IMG/VR virus record: IMGVR_UViG_3300031857_000055 | Span: 32,001-96,000 of that record | Source: a virus | Strand: one strand, 5' to 3' | DNA length: 64,000 nt | Shown: positions 48,723 to 58,034 of the stretch, one piece after another | Layout of the letters: each line of letters starts with the position of its first letter | How positions within the stretch are numbered: position 1 is the first letter of the stretch | Notes under the pieces: generated by a model | The model's input: the letters and a program-made list of their open reading frames with translations, nothing else | What the model was told of the DNA's origin: nothing | The model's database searches: none | Translations under genes and position numbers: made by a program

Positions 48723-48923
48723 ATGAGCATAGCCACTTGCGCGGTTTGCGGTGTCCAAGTAGAAAGAACACTTCATCAATTCCCTACTCGCAAGTATCCG
48801 CACAATGCTCCCTACCTTGCTGCTCTATATCACCGAGATCCGTTTTGGGGTAAAGGTGACTTTGAAGAATATTGCAGCGCCAAATGCGCTACAGAAGCGT
48901 TCTTAAAAAGCAAACAAACTTGA
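48723..48923 (+). CDS. Small zinc-finger-like protein
   Basis: CAVC ... YCSAKC (TRASH/MYM-like spacing). Confidence 0.55.
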   Translation: MSIATCAVCGVQVERTLHQFPTRKYPHNAPYLAALYHRDPFWGKGDFEEYCSAKCATEAFLKSKQT

Positions 48924-48932
48924 AGTTTTTGG

Positions 48933-48961
48933 TTGACAATACCCTTAAGGTTTGTTATATT
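48933..48961 (+). promoter_or_regulatory. Sigma70-type (early) promoter
   Basis: TTGACA-N17-TATATT. AAGGAG RBS before ATG 48987. Confidence 0.75.
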
Positions 48962-48986
48962 GACTATATCAACTAAGGAGATTTCT

Positions 48987-50291
48987 ATGAGTGACGTTAT
49001 TCCCGGTACTGCGACTAAGCCTAAGAAGGGCAAGCGCACCCGTAGCAAGAAGTTTGAAAATCTGATTGGTCCGACCGATCCTAAGATTGATCACGAAGCC
49101 CGTGAGCGTCTCATTACCGCTCGTATTGGTCTCCTGCTCCGTCAAAGCTTTTTCGGTAACCTCGCTACCCGTCTACAGCTTGTAAATGCTGACGATTGGT
49201 GCTCCACTGCTGCTACTGACGGTCTGCGTTTCTATTACAACAGCCGTTTCATTAAGATGCTTCGCACTAAGGAAGTTGAATTCCTTGTCGGTCATGAAGT
49301 TCTGCACGTTGTTTACGATCACCTTGGTCGTCGTGACAGCCGCGACCCTGAGATTTGGAACATCGCTAACGACTATGCAGTTAATGCTGACCTCAAGCGT
49401 CACAAGGTCGGTGAAATGATCACCACTGTTCCTGCTCTCTATGAGCAGAAGTATGATGGTCTTGCATCCGAAGTCATTTATGACGACCTCATGAAGAACG
49501 TCAAGTATATTGATATTGACGAACTCCTTGACAAGATGCTTGACGATCACCTTGAAGATGAAGGTCAGGGCGAGGGCGACGGCGAAGATAATGGTCAGCA
49601 GGGTAATGGTAAGCGTCCGCGGATGAGTCCTGAGGAGCGTGAACAGGCCCGTCAAGAAATGAAGCAGGCTATTCTCAACGCTGCACAAACTGCCGAAGCT
49701 GGTACTATTCCGATGGGCGTTGAACGTCTTATCAAGCAGCTTACTGATCCTGTCATGCCTTGGCGTGAACTGATCCAGACTAATCTGACCTCTGCTATCA
49801 AGTCTGATTACACTTGGATGCGTCCTTCTCGTCGTTCTTGGCACATGGATGCTGTTATGCCCGGTATGAACCCCGGTGAAGAAATTGACGTTGATATCTA
49901 CATTGATATGTCGGGTTCTATCAGCAACAAGCAGGGTATGCAGTTCCTTAGCGAAGTCGCTGGCATGATGGAAGCGTTTGATGGTTACTCGCTCCGCGTC
50001 ACTTGCTTTGATACTCGCTGCTACAACACGCAGGAGTATACGAGCGAGAACATGGAGAACATTGAGGAGTATCAGCTTCACGGTGGCGGTGGCACCGACT
50101 TTGATAGCATCTTTGATGACCTCAAGGAAGCTGGTCGTGTCCCCAATCGCTTGATTGTCTTCACTGACGGTTATCCGTGCGGTAGCTGGGGCGATGCTGA
50201 TTACTGTGATACGACTTGGATCATTCACGGTGACCCCAATCCGAACCCGCCCTTCGGTACGTATGCTATCTATGACGACCACAAAAAATAA
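48987..50291 (+). CDS. Metallopeptidase-like (HExxH) + vWA domain protein, MoxR partner
   Basis: 'TAATDG', HEVLH, acidic linker, MIDAS 'DMSGS', 'GGGTDF' and 'VFTDG'. Confidence 0.88.
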   Translation: MSDVIPGTATKPKKGKRTRSKKFENLIGPTDPKIDHEARERLITARIGLLLRQSFFGNLATRLQLVNADDWCSTAATDGLRFYYNSRFIKMLRTKEVEFLVGHEVLHVVYDHLGRRDSRDPEIWNIANDYAVNADLKRHKVGEMITTVPALYEQKYDGLASEVIYDDLMKNVKYIDIDELLDKMLDDHLEDEGQGEGDGEDNGQQGNGKRPRMSPEEREQARQEMKQAILNAAQTAEAGTIPMGVERLIKQLTDPVMPWRELIQTNLTSAIKSDYTWMRPSRRSWHMDAVMPGMNPGEEIDVDIYIDMSGSISNKQGMQFLSEVAGMMEAFDGYSLRVTCFDTRCYNTQEYTSENMENIEEYQLHGGGGTDFDSIFDDLKEAGRVPNRLIVFTDGYPCGSWGDADYCDTTWIIHGDPNPNPPFGTYAIYDDHKK

Positions 50292-50313
50292 TCCGATAGC
50301 AATCGTTGGAGCT

Positions 50314-50544
50314 ATGATATACGAGTCTCCGGACGGTGGAAAGACGATCTACGCAAGAGAGCGTGGGTCGTCTAACCGCGTTTTAGTCCGCAAAGATGAT
50401 ACCGTAGAGGAAACTAAACAGCTTCTTGCTAGGCGAGATCGGCTTACTAAAATCTGTGAACTGGCTAAAACAGTTCCTGCGTTAAACGACCAGTTAGAGA
50501 AGCTTGAAGAAATATATTTGTTGGTGAAAAATGAAAACGATTGA
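50314..50544 (+). CDS. Hypothetical protein
   Basis: GGAG RBS; 'MIYESPDGGKTIYARERG'. Confidence 0.65.
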   Translation: MIYESPDGGKTIYARERGSSNRVLVRKDDTVEETKQLLARRDRLTKICELAKTVPALNDQLEKLEEIYLLVKNEND

Positions 50545-50767
50545 CGATATCAACTTACACACATGGTTTGTAGACCGTGAGTTAGATTTCACGCCTCCGC
50601 ATTTTATTAAGTCAGGAACTGTCTTGACCGACGAATCTAAGGTTTGGATTCTAGAAAAGCTGACTGGAAGATTTGCAATCTCCGGACATGAGGGCTTTTT
50701 TGGTTCTCTATCACCAGCGTTTGAAGATCCAAAGGAAGCGTTGTTTTATGAACTTAAGTGGGGTTAA
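50531..50767 (+). CDS. Small hypothetical protein (L-K/R-W C-terminal family)
   Basis: 78 aa ending 'FEDPKEALFYELKWG'. Confidence 0.65.
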   Translation: MKTIDDINLHTWFVDRELDFTPPHFIKSGTVLTDESKVWILEKLTGRFAISGHEGFFGSLSPAFEDPKEALFYELKWG

Positions 50768-51068
50768 GGCTGATTTAGTTATGATAGATGAACTAGGGTT
50801 TGCACACCCTGCACCTAGGCGCATAGCCACATCTGTTCGTGACACTACACTCTTTATTGATAAAACTCCTTACTACTATGCCAATCCAATAATGTATTCA
50901 TTTACAGAGTTGGAGGAAATGGCTCAATGGTGTTGGGATACCTTTGGACCTTCTGGATACTACCAAGAAACTATGCAAGTAGTTTGGAACTATCGTTCAG
51001 ATCCGGACTATATCTTCTGGTTTGCAGAAGAAAAACACTTAACGATGTTCATACTACGCTGGTCGTAA
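50748..51068 (+). CDS. Small hypothetical protein (L-K/R-W C-terminal family)
   Basis: 'QWCWDTFG...FAEEKHLTMFILRWS'. Start 50748 or 50781. Confidence 0.6.
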   Translation: MNLSGVKADLVMIDELGFAHPAPRRIATSVRDTTLFIDKTPYYYANPIMYSFTELEEMAQWCWDTFGPSGYYQETMQVVWNYRSDPDYIFWFAEEKHLTMFILRWS

Positions 51069-51128
51069 AATATTTTAGCCAGCTGTTTCCTCATTAAATA
51101 CAAGAGCGAATTTACAAGGAGAACGCAA

Positions 51129-51827
51129 ATGGCTTTTTTAAGACACGTAGGGAAGCACGGTGATCGCAAGGTAGCGGTCGTATTTCGTGAAGTACCTGGC
51201 GAGCCACATATGTGTTTAGTAGTATATACAGAACTATTGAACAGAACTGTTCATGACCCGCTAGTAAAATGTATTGAAAGCGAAATTGGTCAGAACAGCA
51301 AGAATTTAGCGGATGCATTGAACCGCAGCTACACCACAGATGGTCTTATCATCTTACAGAAACTTCATGCCGAAGGTCAGCTTAAGAAGGTTCAGACTGA
51401 ACTTATCGTAATGACACCAACACCCGGAACACAGATTAAGCTTAGTGAACTAAACACTATTCTTGATGAAATGGAAAGAGGTGAAGCAGCAGTGCAGAAG
51501 CTTGCTGATATGGATAAGCAGCTTGGTATGCAGGACCCAATTCAGGTTGCTAAGCGTATGCGCGGTGACATGTTGAATGAGGGAACTGTTCCACCAGTTG
51601 CACCTTTAACAGCATCAGGCGACGCATTGGGTGACAATGCTATTGCTAACAATCTTCGTCAACAGGCAATGAGAATGTCAGCAGAAGCAAAGGGACTACT
51701 CGCAGAAGCAGATAGGCTATTGCAGGAAGCAAATGCAATGGATCCAGTAGCAGCTACATTGCAGAATGCACCGGTAGCAGCAGCAAAAAAGTCTAGAGGA
51801 CGACCAAAGAAGGTCCTTACTGCATAA
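51129..51827 (+). CDS. Hypothetical protein with C-terminal AT-hook-like motif
   Basis: AAGGAG RBS, upstream TAAATA (51095), ends 'KKSRGRPKK'. Confidence 0.7.
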   Translation: MAFLRHVGKHGDRKVAVVFREVPGEPHMCLVVYTELLNRTVHDPLVKCIESEIGQNSKNLADALNRSYTTDGLIILQKLHAEGQLKKVQTELIVMTPTPGTQIKLSELNTILDEMERGEAAVQKLADMDKQLGMQDPIQVAKRMRGDMLNEGTVPPVAPLTASGDALGDNAIANNLRQQAMRMSAEAKGLLAEADRLLQEANAMDPVAATLQNAPVAAAKKSRGRPKKVLTA

Positions 51828-51838
51828 GGTGTTAGTTA

Positions 51839-52135
51839 ATGTCCCCCGAATTTATTGAAAAGTGGGAAAAATTACTTGAAGATGTTGACAAACAGCAAAT
51901 TCCAGTTGAGTTTATTAAAAAAATTGTATTGAAGCTTGTAGGAAGAAAACAACATACTATTAATATACAACGACTACTGGAGCAAGGACTTTACCCTGAC
52001 GAAATTGAAGATGCAATCAGTACTAAACTTATTGAGTTAGATGAGTTGGTTACAGGAATTGAGTTCATCTTAAATGTAGAAAGTATTGCGGAAACAGTCC
52101 AACCCGAAACTGACAGATTATTGAATGGACTATGA
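51839..52135 (+). CDS. Hypothetical acidic protein
   Basis: 98 aa, coupled to DHFR. Confidence 0.65.
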   Translation: MSPEFIEKWEKLLEDVDKQQIPVEFIKKIVLKLVGRKQHTINIQRLLEQGLYPDEIEDAISTKLIELDELVTGIEFILNVESIAETVQPETDRLLNGL

Positions 52136-52602
52136 AATTAATATTAGCATGTGACCCAAATGGGGGAATCGGCTATCAAAACAGATTGCCCTGGAGTAAC
52201 ATTCAGGGCGATTTGCCAAGATTCAAGCGTTTGACAGAGGGACAGACAGTCATTATGGGACGCAACACTTGGGATAGCTTACCAAAGAAACCGTTACCGA
52301 AACGGTACAACTTCGTAGTAACGAGCCAAGAACTTGATATGCCTGAACATTCACAGTGCATAACATACGATGAATTTACAAGCCCGGAATCTTCTCTTAG
52401 GTTTAGTAGTACCTGGTTGATAGGCGGCGCACAATTAGTCAATGCATGTTGGCCTCATATCACTGAATTACATCTAACAAACGTATACGACCATTACACT
52501 TGCGATACTCACATAGACCTGCTATATGTAGAAGCTAACTTTACAAGGGTTTGGAGCGAAGTGTTCCCTGATCATAGATATGAAATTTGGAAAAGAAAAT
52601 GA
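52132..52602 (+). CDS. folA: Dihydrofolate reductase
   Basis: 'GIGYQNRLPW', 'VIMGRNTWDSL...PLPKR', 'IGGAQ' and 'CDT'. Confidence 0.95.
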   Translation: MKLILACDPNGGIGYQNRLPWSNIQGDLPRFKRLTEGQTVIMGRNTWDSLPKKPLPKRYNFVVTSQELDMPEHSQCITYDEFTSPESSLRFSSTWLIGGAQLVNACWPHITELHLTNVYDHYTCDTHIDLLYVEANFTRVWSEVFPDHRYEIWKRK

Positions 52603-53429
52603 AACAGTACCACGATTTGCTTGAAGATATACTAAATAACGGTGAAGTCAAGGATGATAGGACCGGCGTTGGTACTATCAGCGTCTTTGGCCGTCAACTT
52701 AGATTTAATCTATCAGAGGGTTTCCCCGCTGTTACTACAAAGAAATTAGCGTGGAAATCAGTAGTAAGCGAATTATTGTGGTTTATAGAAGGGACAGGAG
52801 ATGAGAGAAGACTTGCGGAAATTTTACACGGATCCAGAGATACTGAACGTAGTACAATATGGACAGGAAACGCTCAAGCAGCTTATTGGATCCCAAAAGC
52901 GAGATACGACGGGGATTTGGGCAGAGTATACGGCGTACAGTGGAGAGACTGGCGAGGAGTTGACCAACTCTCAAATCTAATTGAGGGTATCAAGACTGAT
53001 CCTAACGGTCGTAGACATATCATCACTGCATGGAACGTAGACGAATTGGATCAGATGGCATTGCCTCCCTGCCACGTTCTCGCACAGTTTTATGTAAGCA
53101 ATGGTAAGCTAAGCTGCCATATGTATCAGCGTAGTGTTGATGTATTCCTTGGCCTCCCCTTCAACATCGCCAGCTATGCATTGCTTACACATATGATTGC
53201 ACAAGTATGTGACCTAAAGGTAGGCGAACTTATCATTTCAACTGGCGATACGCATATCTATAGCAATCATATTGAACAGGTTAAAGAGCAGCTTTCACGA
53301 GAAGAATACCCATTACCTATGCTTTTCCTCAATCCTGAGATAAAAAACATTGACAAATTCGCAATGGATGATATACTGTTATTTGACTATCAGAGTCACG
53401 GAACCATTAAGGCTGATATGGCAGTATGA
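52599..53429 (+). CDS. thyA: Thymidylate synthase
   Basis: 'DRTGVGT', 'MALPPCH', 'YQRSVDVFLGLPFN' and 'DTHIY'. Confidence 0.97.
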   Translation: MKQYHDLLEDILNNGEVKDDRTGVGTISVFGRQLRFNLSEGFPAVTTKKLAWKSVVSELLWFIEGTGDERRLAEILHGSRDTERSTIWTGNAQAAYWIPKARYDGDLGRVYGVQWRDWRGVDQLSNLIEGIKTDPNGRRHIITAWNVDELDQMALPPCHVLAQFYVSNGKLSCHMYQRSVDVFLGLPFNIASYALLTHMIAQVCDLKVGELIISTGDTHIYSNHIEQVKEQLSREEYPLPMLFLNPEIKNIDKFAMDDILLFDYQSHGTIKADMAV

Positions 53430-53665
53430 AAACAATCGTTGCTCACTTCTTCACTGTCGGAGACGTTGAAGATCCTGATATCTATGCTGCCGAACCCCTT
53501 TGGGAATGGCAGAATAGCGAAGCAGGCAAGTGGGCAATGGAAAACTGTGCCGAGACTCCCAGTTGGCACCGTGTAATGGACCCGGCTAAATTTGGCTACA
53601 CTTACCAAATAAAAATTGATTTGACCCCTGAACAATATACCTACTGGAAGTTGAAATTCGAATGA
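53426..53665 (+). CDS. Small hypothetical protein
   Basis: 79 aa, 'DVEDPDIYAAEPLWEW', ends 'YTYWKLKFE'. Confidence 0.65.
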   Translation: MKTIVAHFFTVGDVEDPDIYAAEPLWEWQNSEAGKWAMENCAETPSWHRVMDPAKFGYTYQIKIDLTPEQYTYWKLKFE

Positions 53666-53952
53666 AAACCCGTGAAGAAATCATCAATAACATGTGCATG
53701 ACCTTTCGTCATGACTATGGTCTTGAAATCAGCGAAGATGATAGAATGTACACCCTTATGTCAGGCATGACTAAGCAGGAACGTGAAGCATTATATCGTG
53801 ATATGGCACAAATCTTTGATAATGATATTGCTCCTCTATTAGAAGAATATCGTAAGGTCAACGAAGGCGAAGCTATCACTATTCCAAAGAGTGCCGAACA
53901 CGCAAAAGCTATGATGGGCGTTGCACAATGGTACTTGGATAATCAAGGATGA
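53662..53952 (+). CDS. Hypothetical protein
   Basis: 96 aa, ATGA-coupled on both sides. Confidence 0.65.
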   Translation: MKTREEIINNMCMTFRHDYGLEISEDDRMYTLMSGMTKQEREALYRDMAQIFDNDIAPLLEEYRKVNEGEAITIPKSAEHAKAMMGVAQWYLDNQG

Positions 53953-54914
53953 GAATCCTAGTCACAGGCGGCATGGGCTTCATCGGGCACAATATTGTTG
54001 CTCAATTAGAAGACATGGGATATGACGATATCACGCTTGTTGACAATTTTACTACATATGGAATCATCCCCGAAGATGAATTAAACGCATTGATGCAAGA
54101 GCGTCAATCAAAAATCTCATCTGTCAACTATATTTACGATATCGCATTGCCTGAGGTAGAAACTGCGTTTAGAGTAAATAAACCTGACCTCGTAATTCAT
54201 CTTGCCAGTTTCCCTAGACAAAAGGTAGTCAATAGCAATCCTACATTAGCAGCAGACACTATGATGAAGGGCTTGCTCAACCTGTGCGAGTTGAGTTGCA
54301 AGTATCAAGTCAAGCGTTTTGTATATGTCAGCAGCAGCATGGTCTATGGCGACTTCAAAGACGGAACTGATGAATATGCATTCTGTAAGCCGCAGGGTCA
54401 GTATGCTATTATGAAACTTGCAGGAGAGCACCTCGTTAGAGACTACGGTCATCGCGGATGCTTTGACTACACAATCGTTCGACCCAGTGCTGTATATGGT
54501 CCTTGTGACGTTGAGGATAGGGTAATCTCTAAGTTCTTTATGGCTGCAATGAAGGACGAAGTGCTTAAGGTTAATGGGGAACACGAGCGATTAGACTTCA
54601 CATACGTAGCAGATACCGCCTCAGGCATCGTAGGAGCGTCCCTCAGTAAGGACACGGCATTCAGAACATATAATATTACTCGTGGCGAATCCAGAACCTT
54701 ACTTGAAGCAGCACAGCTTATCACAAAGATTGTAGGCAAAGGCAAGATTGAAGTGACACATAAGAGCGAAGACTACCCGAGTCGCGGCACATTAAGTATC
54801 AACGCAGCCCGCAGAGACTTTGGATATAATCCCACTGTCAACATTGAAGAAGGATTTGTCAGGTACTATGAATACTTGGTTAATTCCCCATTTTGGTCTA
54901 GCAAGACAGTATAG
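53949..54914 (+). CDS. NAD-dependent nucleotide-sugar epimerase/dehydratase
   Basis: TGGMGFIG, 'SSSMVYG', YAIMK (YxxxK) and 'LDFTYV.D'. Confidence 0.9.
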   Translation: MRILVTGGMGFIGHNIVAQLEDMGYDDITLVDNFTTYGIIPEDELNALMQERQSKISSVNYIYDIALPEVETAFRVNKPDLVIHLASFPRQKVVNSNPTLAADTMMKGLLNLCELSCKYQVKRFVYVSSSMVYGDFKDGTDEYAFCKPQGQYAIMKLAGEHLVRDYGHRGCFDYTIVRPSAVYGPCDVEDRVISKFFMAAMKDEVLKVNGEHERLDFTYVADTASGIVGASLSKDTAFRTYNITRGESRTLLEAAQLITKIVGKGKIEVTHKSEDYPSRGTLSINAARRDFGYNPTVNIEEGFVRYYEYLVNSPFWSSKTV

Positions 54915-55944
54915 AGACCTTCAAGAGGAGCTGTTAGAAGCAACTCACCTAGCCCTAAAAGAAGGGGTGCTAATCAATGGACCATTCACCGCTTCATTTG
55001 AATCTTGGCTTTGCAATTATACTGGTTGTCAATTTGCTACCGTCACCCATAGCGGTACTCATGCGTTAGAGCTTATTGCAAGTTATCACTATGATCTATG
55101 CTTTCTTGCAGGGGATGAAGAAGCTCCTCGCATTCGTATTCCTAACTTAACTTTCCCTGCAACACTAAACGCATTCTATAGCACAGGATGGGAAGTTGAA
55201 CTGGTTGATACAGATAGTAATGGGTTGTTGAAGTTTGGCGACGATTATGAACGTGACTTTAATACCTATACTTGTTTTGTAGGACTATACGGAGCTTCAA
55301 TTAATAGGGCATTCTATAGTAATGTTATTGTTGATGGAGCCCAGCATTGGTTGACAGTTGACAAGCATCAAATAGGTGATGGTATGGCCATCAGTTTTGA
55401 CCCTACTAAGAACTTACCTAGTAGCGGCAACGGTGGCGCAATCGTAACAAACGACCAATCATTGTATGATTGGGCAAACGTCATGAAGAATAACAGCAAG
55501 CCTGATCACTTCTATCCTGGCACTAATACTAAGATGAGTGAGTTAGAATGCGCCCATCTACTAGTCAGATCCAAATATATTGACAGATGGCAATATCGCA
55601 GAGAACAGATACGAAACTATTATCTGGATAGATTTGAAGATATGCCGTTTAGGTGTCTCAGCGAATCTTTTGAAAGACACGCTGATCAAAAGTTTGTTAT
55701 CTATACCCAAGACCGCAATGAGCTACACCAATATTTGACTGACCGTAAAATTGAGTCTAGAATTCATTATCCTTATGCGTTGAGTGAATTACCAATCGCT
55801 AAGGATATCATTAAGAAGCCAGACTTTGTGAGTACAAGCGTAGCATTAGCTAAGGGTGTATTAAGTCTACCCATCTATCCTGAACTTTCTGATAGTGAAA
55901 TAGAAGCCGTAGCGGACACAGTTTGCAAGTTCTTTGATAAATAA
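54868..55944 (+). CDS. DegT/DnrJ/EryC1/StrS-family aminotransferase
   Basis: 'HSGTHAL', 'VDGAQ', 'SFDPTKNL...GGA' and 'LSLPIYPEL'. Confidence 0.9.
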   Translation: MNTWLIPHFGLARQYRDLQEELLEATHLALKEGVLINGPFTASFESWLCNYTGCQFATVTHSGTHALELIASYHYDLCFLAGDEEAPRIRIPNLTFPATLNAFYSTGWEVELVDTDSNGLLKFGDDYERDFNTYTCFVGLYGASINRAFYSNVIVDGAQHWLTVDKHQIGDGMAISFDPTKNLPSSGNGGAIVTNDQSLYDWANVMKNNSKPDHFYPGTNTKMSELECAHLLVRSKYIDRWQYRREQIRNYYLDRFEDMPFRCLSESFERHADQKFVIYTQDRNELHQYLTDRKIESRIHYPYALSELPIAKDIIKKPDFVSTSVALAKGVLSLPIYPELSDSEIEAVADTVCKFFDK

Positions 55945-55951
55945 TATTGTT

Positions 55952-56419
55952 ATGTCAATATTCTGGATTCTTACTTTTGTACCGAACTTTGTATTTAACC
56001 TAGCACTCATTGTTGGGGTGCTTGGGTTAATAGTTGCTGCCGTCGCAGGAAGAGTCCCATTCATAGCTCAATATAAGCTGCCTATTCAACTTATTGCATT
56101 TGCTCTTACTATCGTAGCCGTCTTCTTTCAGGGCGCACTAGCATATAAGCACAGTGTTGCAGCAGAAGTGGCTGAACTTAAACTAAAATTGAAGAATGCA
56201 GAAGTCAAGTCACTACAGACTAATACTGAAATTGTAGAAAAGATTGTCACTGATACACAAGTCATTCGTGAGAAGGGTCAGACAATCACTGAATATGTTG
56301 ACAGAGAAGTTGTCAAGTACAATGAAGTATGCAAGCTTCCGACAGAAGTAATCAACGCACACAATATGGCAGCAACACTTAAGCTGGATGAAGGTGCTAC
56401 TGAGGAACAACCAAAGTGA
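55952..56419 (+). CDS. Inner-membrane spanin (Rz-like)
   Basis: N-terminal TM segments, then a coiled coil with a single C-terminal Cys. Overlaps a lipoprotein gene. Confidence 0.65.
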   Translation: MSIFWILTFVPNFVFNLALIVGVLGLIVAAVAGRVPFIAQYKLPIQLIAFALTIVAVFFQGALAYKHSVAAEVAELKLKLKNAEVKSLQTNTEIVEKIVTDTQVIREKGQTITEYVDREVVKYNEVCKLPTEVINAHNMAATLKLDEGATEEQPK

Positions 56420-56688
56420 AGAAGCTACTAATTCTTCCCCTTTTCGTTTTGTCTGGGTGTGCAGTTCACGTTGAGCCAGTAACAGCAACGTTTCCGGAAG
56501 CTCCTGCTACGCTATTACAGAAATGTGAAGCCCTCAAAGAAGTCGCTGCGGACGCTTCACTAACAGATTTCACTAAAATAGTAGTAGAAAACTACATTCT
56601 ATATCACGAATGCAGCCGCAAAGTTGAGGGTTGGCACGAGTGGTATACTAAGCAAAAGAAAATCTTCGAAGACGCTACCAAAAAGTAA
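56416..56688 (+). CDS. Outer-membrane spanin lipoprotein (Rz1-like)
   Basis: Lipobox LSGC, Pro-rich linker and two further Cys. Confidence 0.7.
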   Translation: MKKLLILPLFVLSGCAVHVEPVTATFPEAPATLLQKCEALKEVAADASLTDFTKIVVENYILYHECSRKVEGWHEWYTKQKKIFEDATKK

Positions 56689-56734
56689 TCTTGAGTCTAG
56701 TATGATAAATACTAGATAACAACGGAAGATTACT

Positions 56735-57271
56735 ATGGCTACCCAAGAAATTATTAACATTGGTACACTACCTAACGATGGCGAAGGCGATCCGTTAAGA
56801 GTAGCATTTGCTAAAATTAATAATAACTTCTCCAATCTTTTCCCTACTGCTATCAATACGAGTAGCTCGTATTCAGTAGGAGATACCCCCGGTCAACTTA
56901 TATTTGAAACTGACGCTAATACCTTCACAATGGCGCAACTATATGTCTATGCCGCTGACCCATCAGGCGATAGTAGTCAGAGTATGCAACTAAACGCACA
57001 AATTAATCAAGAATTAGATGATGCTAAATTTAGTGCTGTTGGGTTGTCTGTGTTCGGAAACGCACTATCTTCATATAGTATGCGGGTGTTAGGTGGAAAC
57101 GTACAACTTCTTGCCAATCCATTACAAGATACTACGATTTTTCACTTTATTGGTTCATCTATTATTTGGATCGGCTCAACTCTTCCTGGAATTCCTATCG
57201 AACTAGACGGGTATGTTGCCAATTCAGTTATGGCAACTGAAATTAACCAGGGTGTGACAACAGAGCAATAA
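56735..57271 (+). CDS. Baseplate/tail protein with T4 gp9/gp10-like N-terminus
   Basis: 'INIGTLPNDGEGDPLRVAFAKINNNFSNL'. Confidence 0.7.
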   Translation: MATQEIINIGTLPNDGEGDPLRVAFAKINNNFSNLFPTAINTSSSYSVGDTPGQLIFETDANTFTMAQLYVYAADPSGDSSQSMQLNAQINQELDDAKFSAVGLSVFGNALSSYSMRVLGGNVQLLANPLQDTTIFHFIGSSIIWIGSTLPGIPIELDGYVANSVMATEINQGVTTEQ

Positions 57272-57273
57272 TA

Positions 57274-57663
57274 ATGAGAGCATACGAATTCATCACGGAA
57301 TCTGCAACAGACGGTTTGAGTATGGTTGCACATAGCTTGCCAGCTACCTATATAATTCCTGATTTAAAAAATAATGATTTCTACGAGCTTTATAGATTTG
57401 GTTTAGCAATTGCAGATACTAGAGGTAATGGTGGAAACGATGATGTTCAAAACGGTTTTAAACATGAGTTTAAGGCAGAAAGCACCTGGGGAGAGCATCA
57501 AGTAGTGGTTTCTTGGGATCCAAACATTGAGCAAGTGATTGATCAATCGTTGAGTAAAGTTAATAAAAGAGGAAAAAAGCTAGTAAGTACTAAAACTAGT
57601 GACGAGATTCCTAATACCGGAACCCAATCCACTCTTAAACCCTTTAAGGGATACAAGCGATGA
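57274..57663 (+). CDS. Putative internal head protein (paralog 1)
   Basis: N-terminus MRAYEFITE, similar to the T4 capsid-targeting sequence. Ends KPFKGYKR. Confidence 0.55.
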   Translation: MRAYEFITESATDGLSMVAHSLPATYIIPDLKNNDFYELYRFGLAIADTRGNGGNDDVQNGFKHEFKAESTWGEHQVVVSWDPNIEQVIDQSLSKVNKRGKKLVSTKTSDEIPNTGTQSTLKPFKGYKR

Positions 57664-58034
57664 GAGCATGGGAATTTATAACTGAAGGGAAGAAAGTTCC
57701 TGACTCTCCGGAACATCACGATGGCCCCATGACCGGGTTACATAGATTTGCCGACAGCACATATGACCGTTACTATCTATTAAATCGTGTAATGATGGCC
57801 GCTGCCTCAACTGACGGGAAAACAATGCCTGATGTGGATAGTGATAGTTGGGCGTCTCGTTTCAACATAGCACATCCTTACACAAAAGAAGAAGCAGATA
57901 AGTTAAAATTAGCATATAAAGCAGCAGGCGTCAAAAAGTTTGATGACATAACAAAAGGTGATTTGTCTAGCACAGAACCAACTGGCCATAACGATACCAG
58001 TCCAATCAAGCCATTCAAAGGGTACAAGCGATGA
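57660..58034 (+). CDS. Putative internal head protein (paralog 2)
   Basis: MRAWEFITE...KPFKGYKR. Confidence 0.55.
   Translation: MRAWEFITEGKKVPDSPEHHDGPMTGLHRFADSTYDRYYLLNRVMMAAASTDGKTMPDVDSDSWASRFNIAHPYTKEEADKLKLAYKAAGVKKFDDITKGDLSSTEPTGHNDTSPIKPFKGYKR

Noticed and set aside
47541-50282. Long minus-strand ORFs (420 aa and 369 aa)
   Set aside because: They are exact antisense shadows of the AAA+ and vWA genes, expected from strong codon bias, and show no motifs.
52599-53429. thyA as a dCMP/dUMP hydroxymethylase for DNA hypermodification
   Set aside because: It has canonical ThyA motifs including the dUMP-specifying Asn (PFN) and an adjacent DHFR, so it looks like an ordinary thymidylate synthase.
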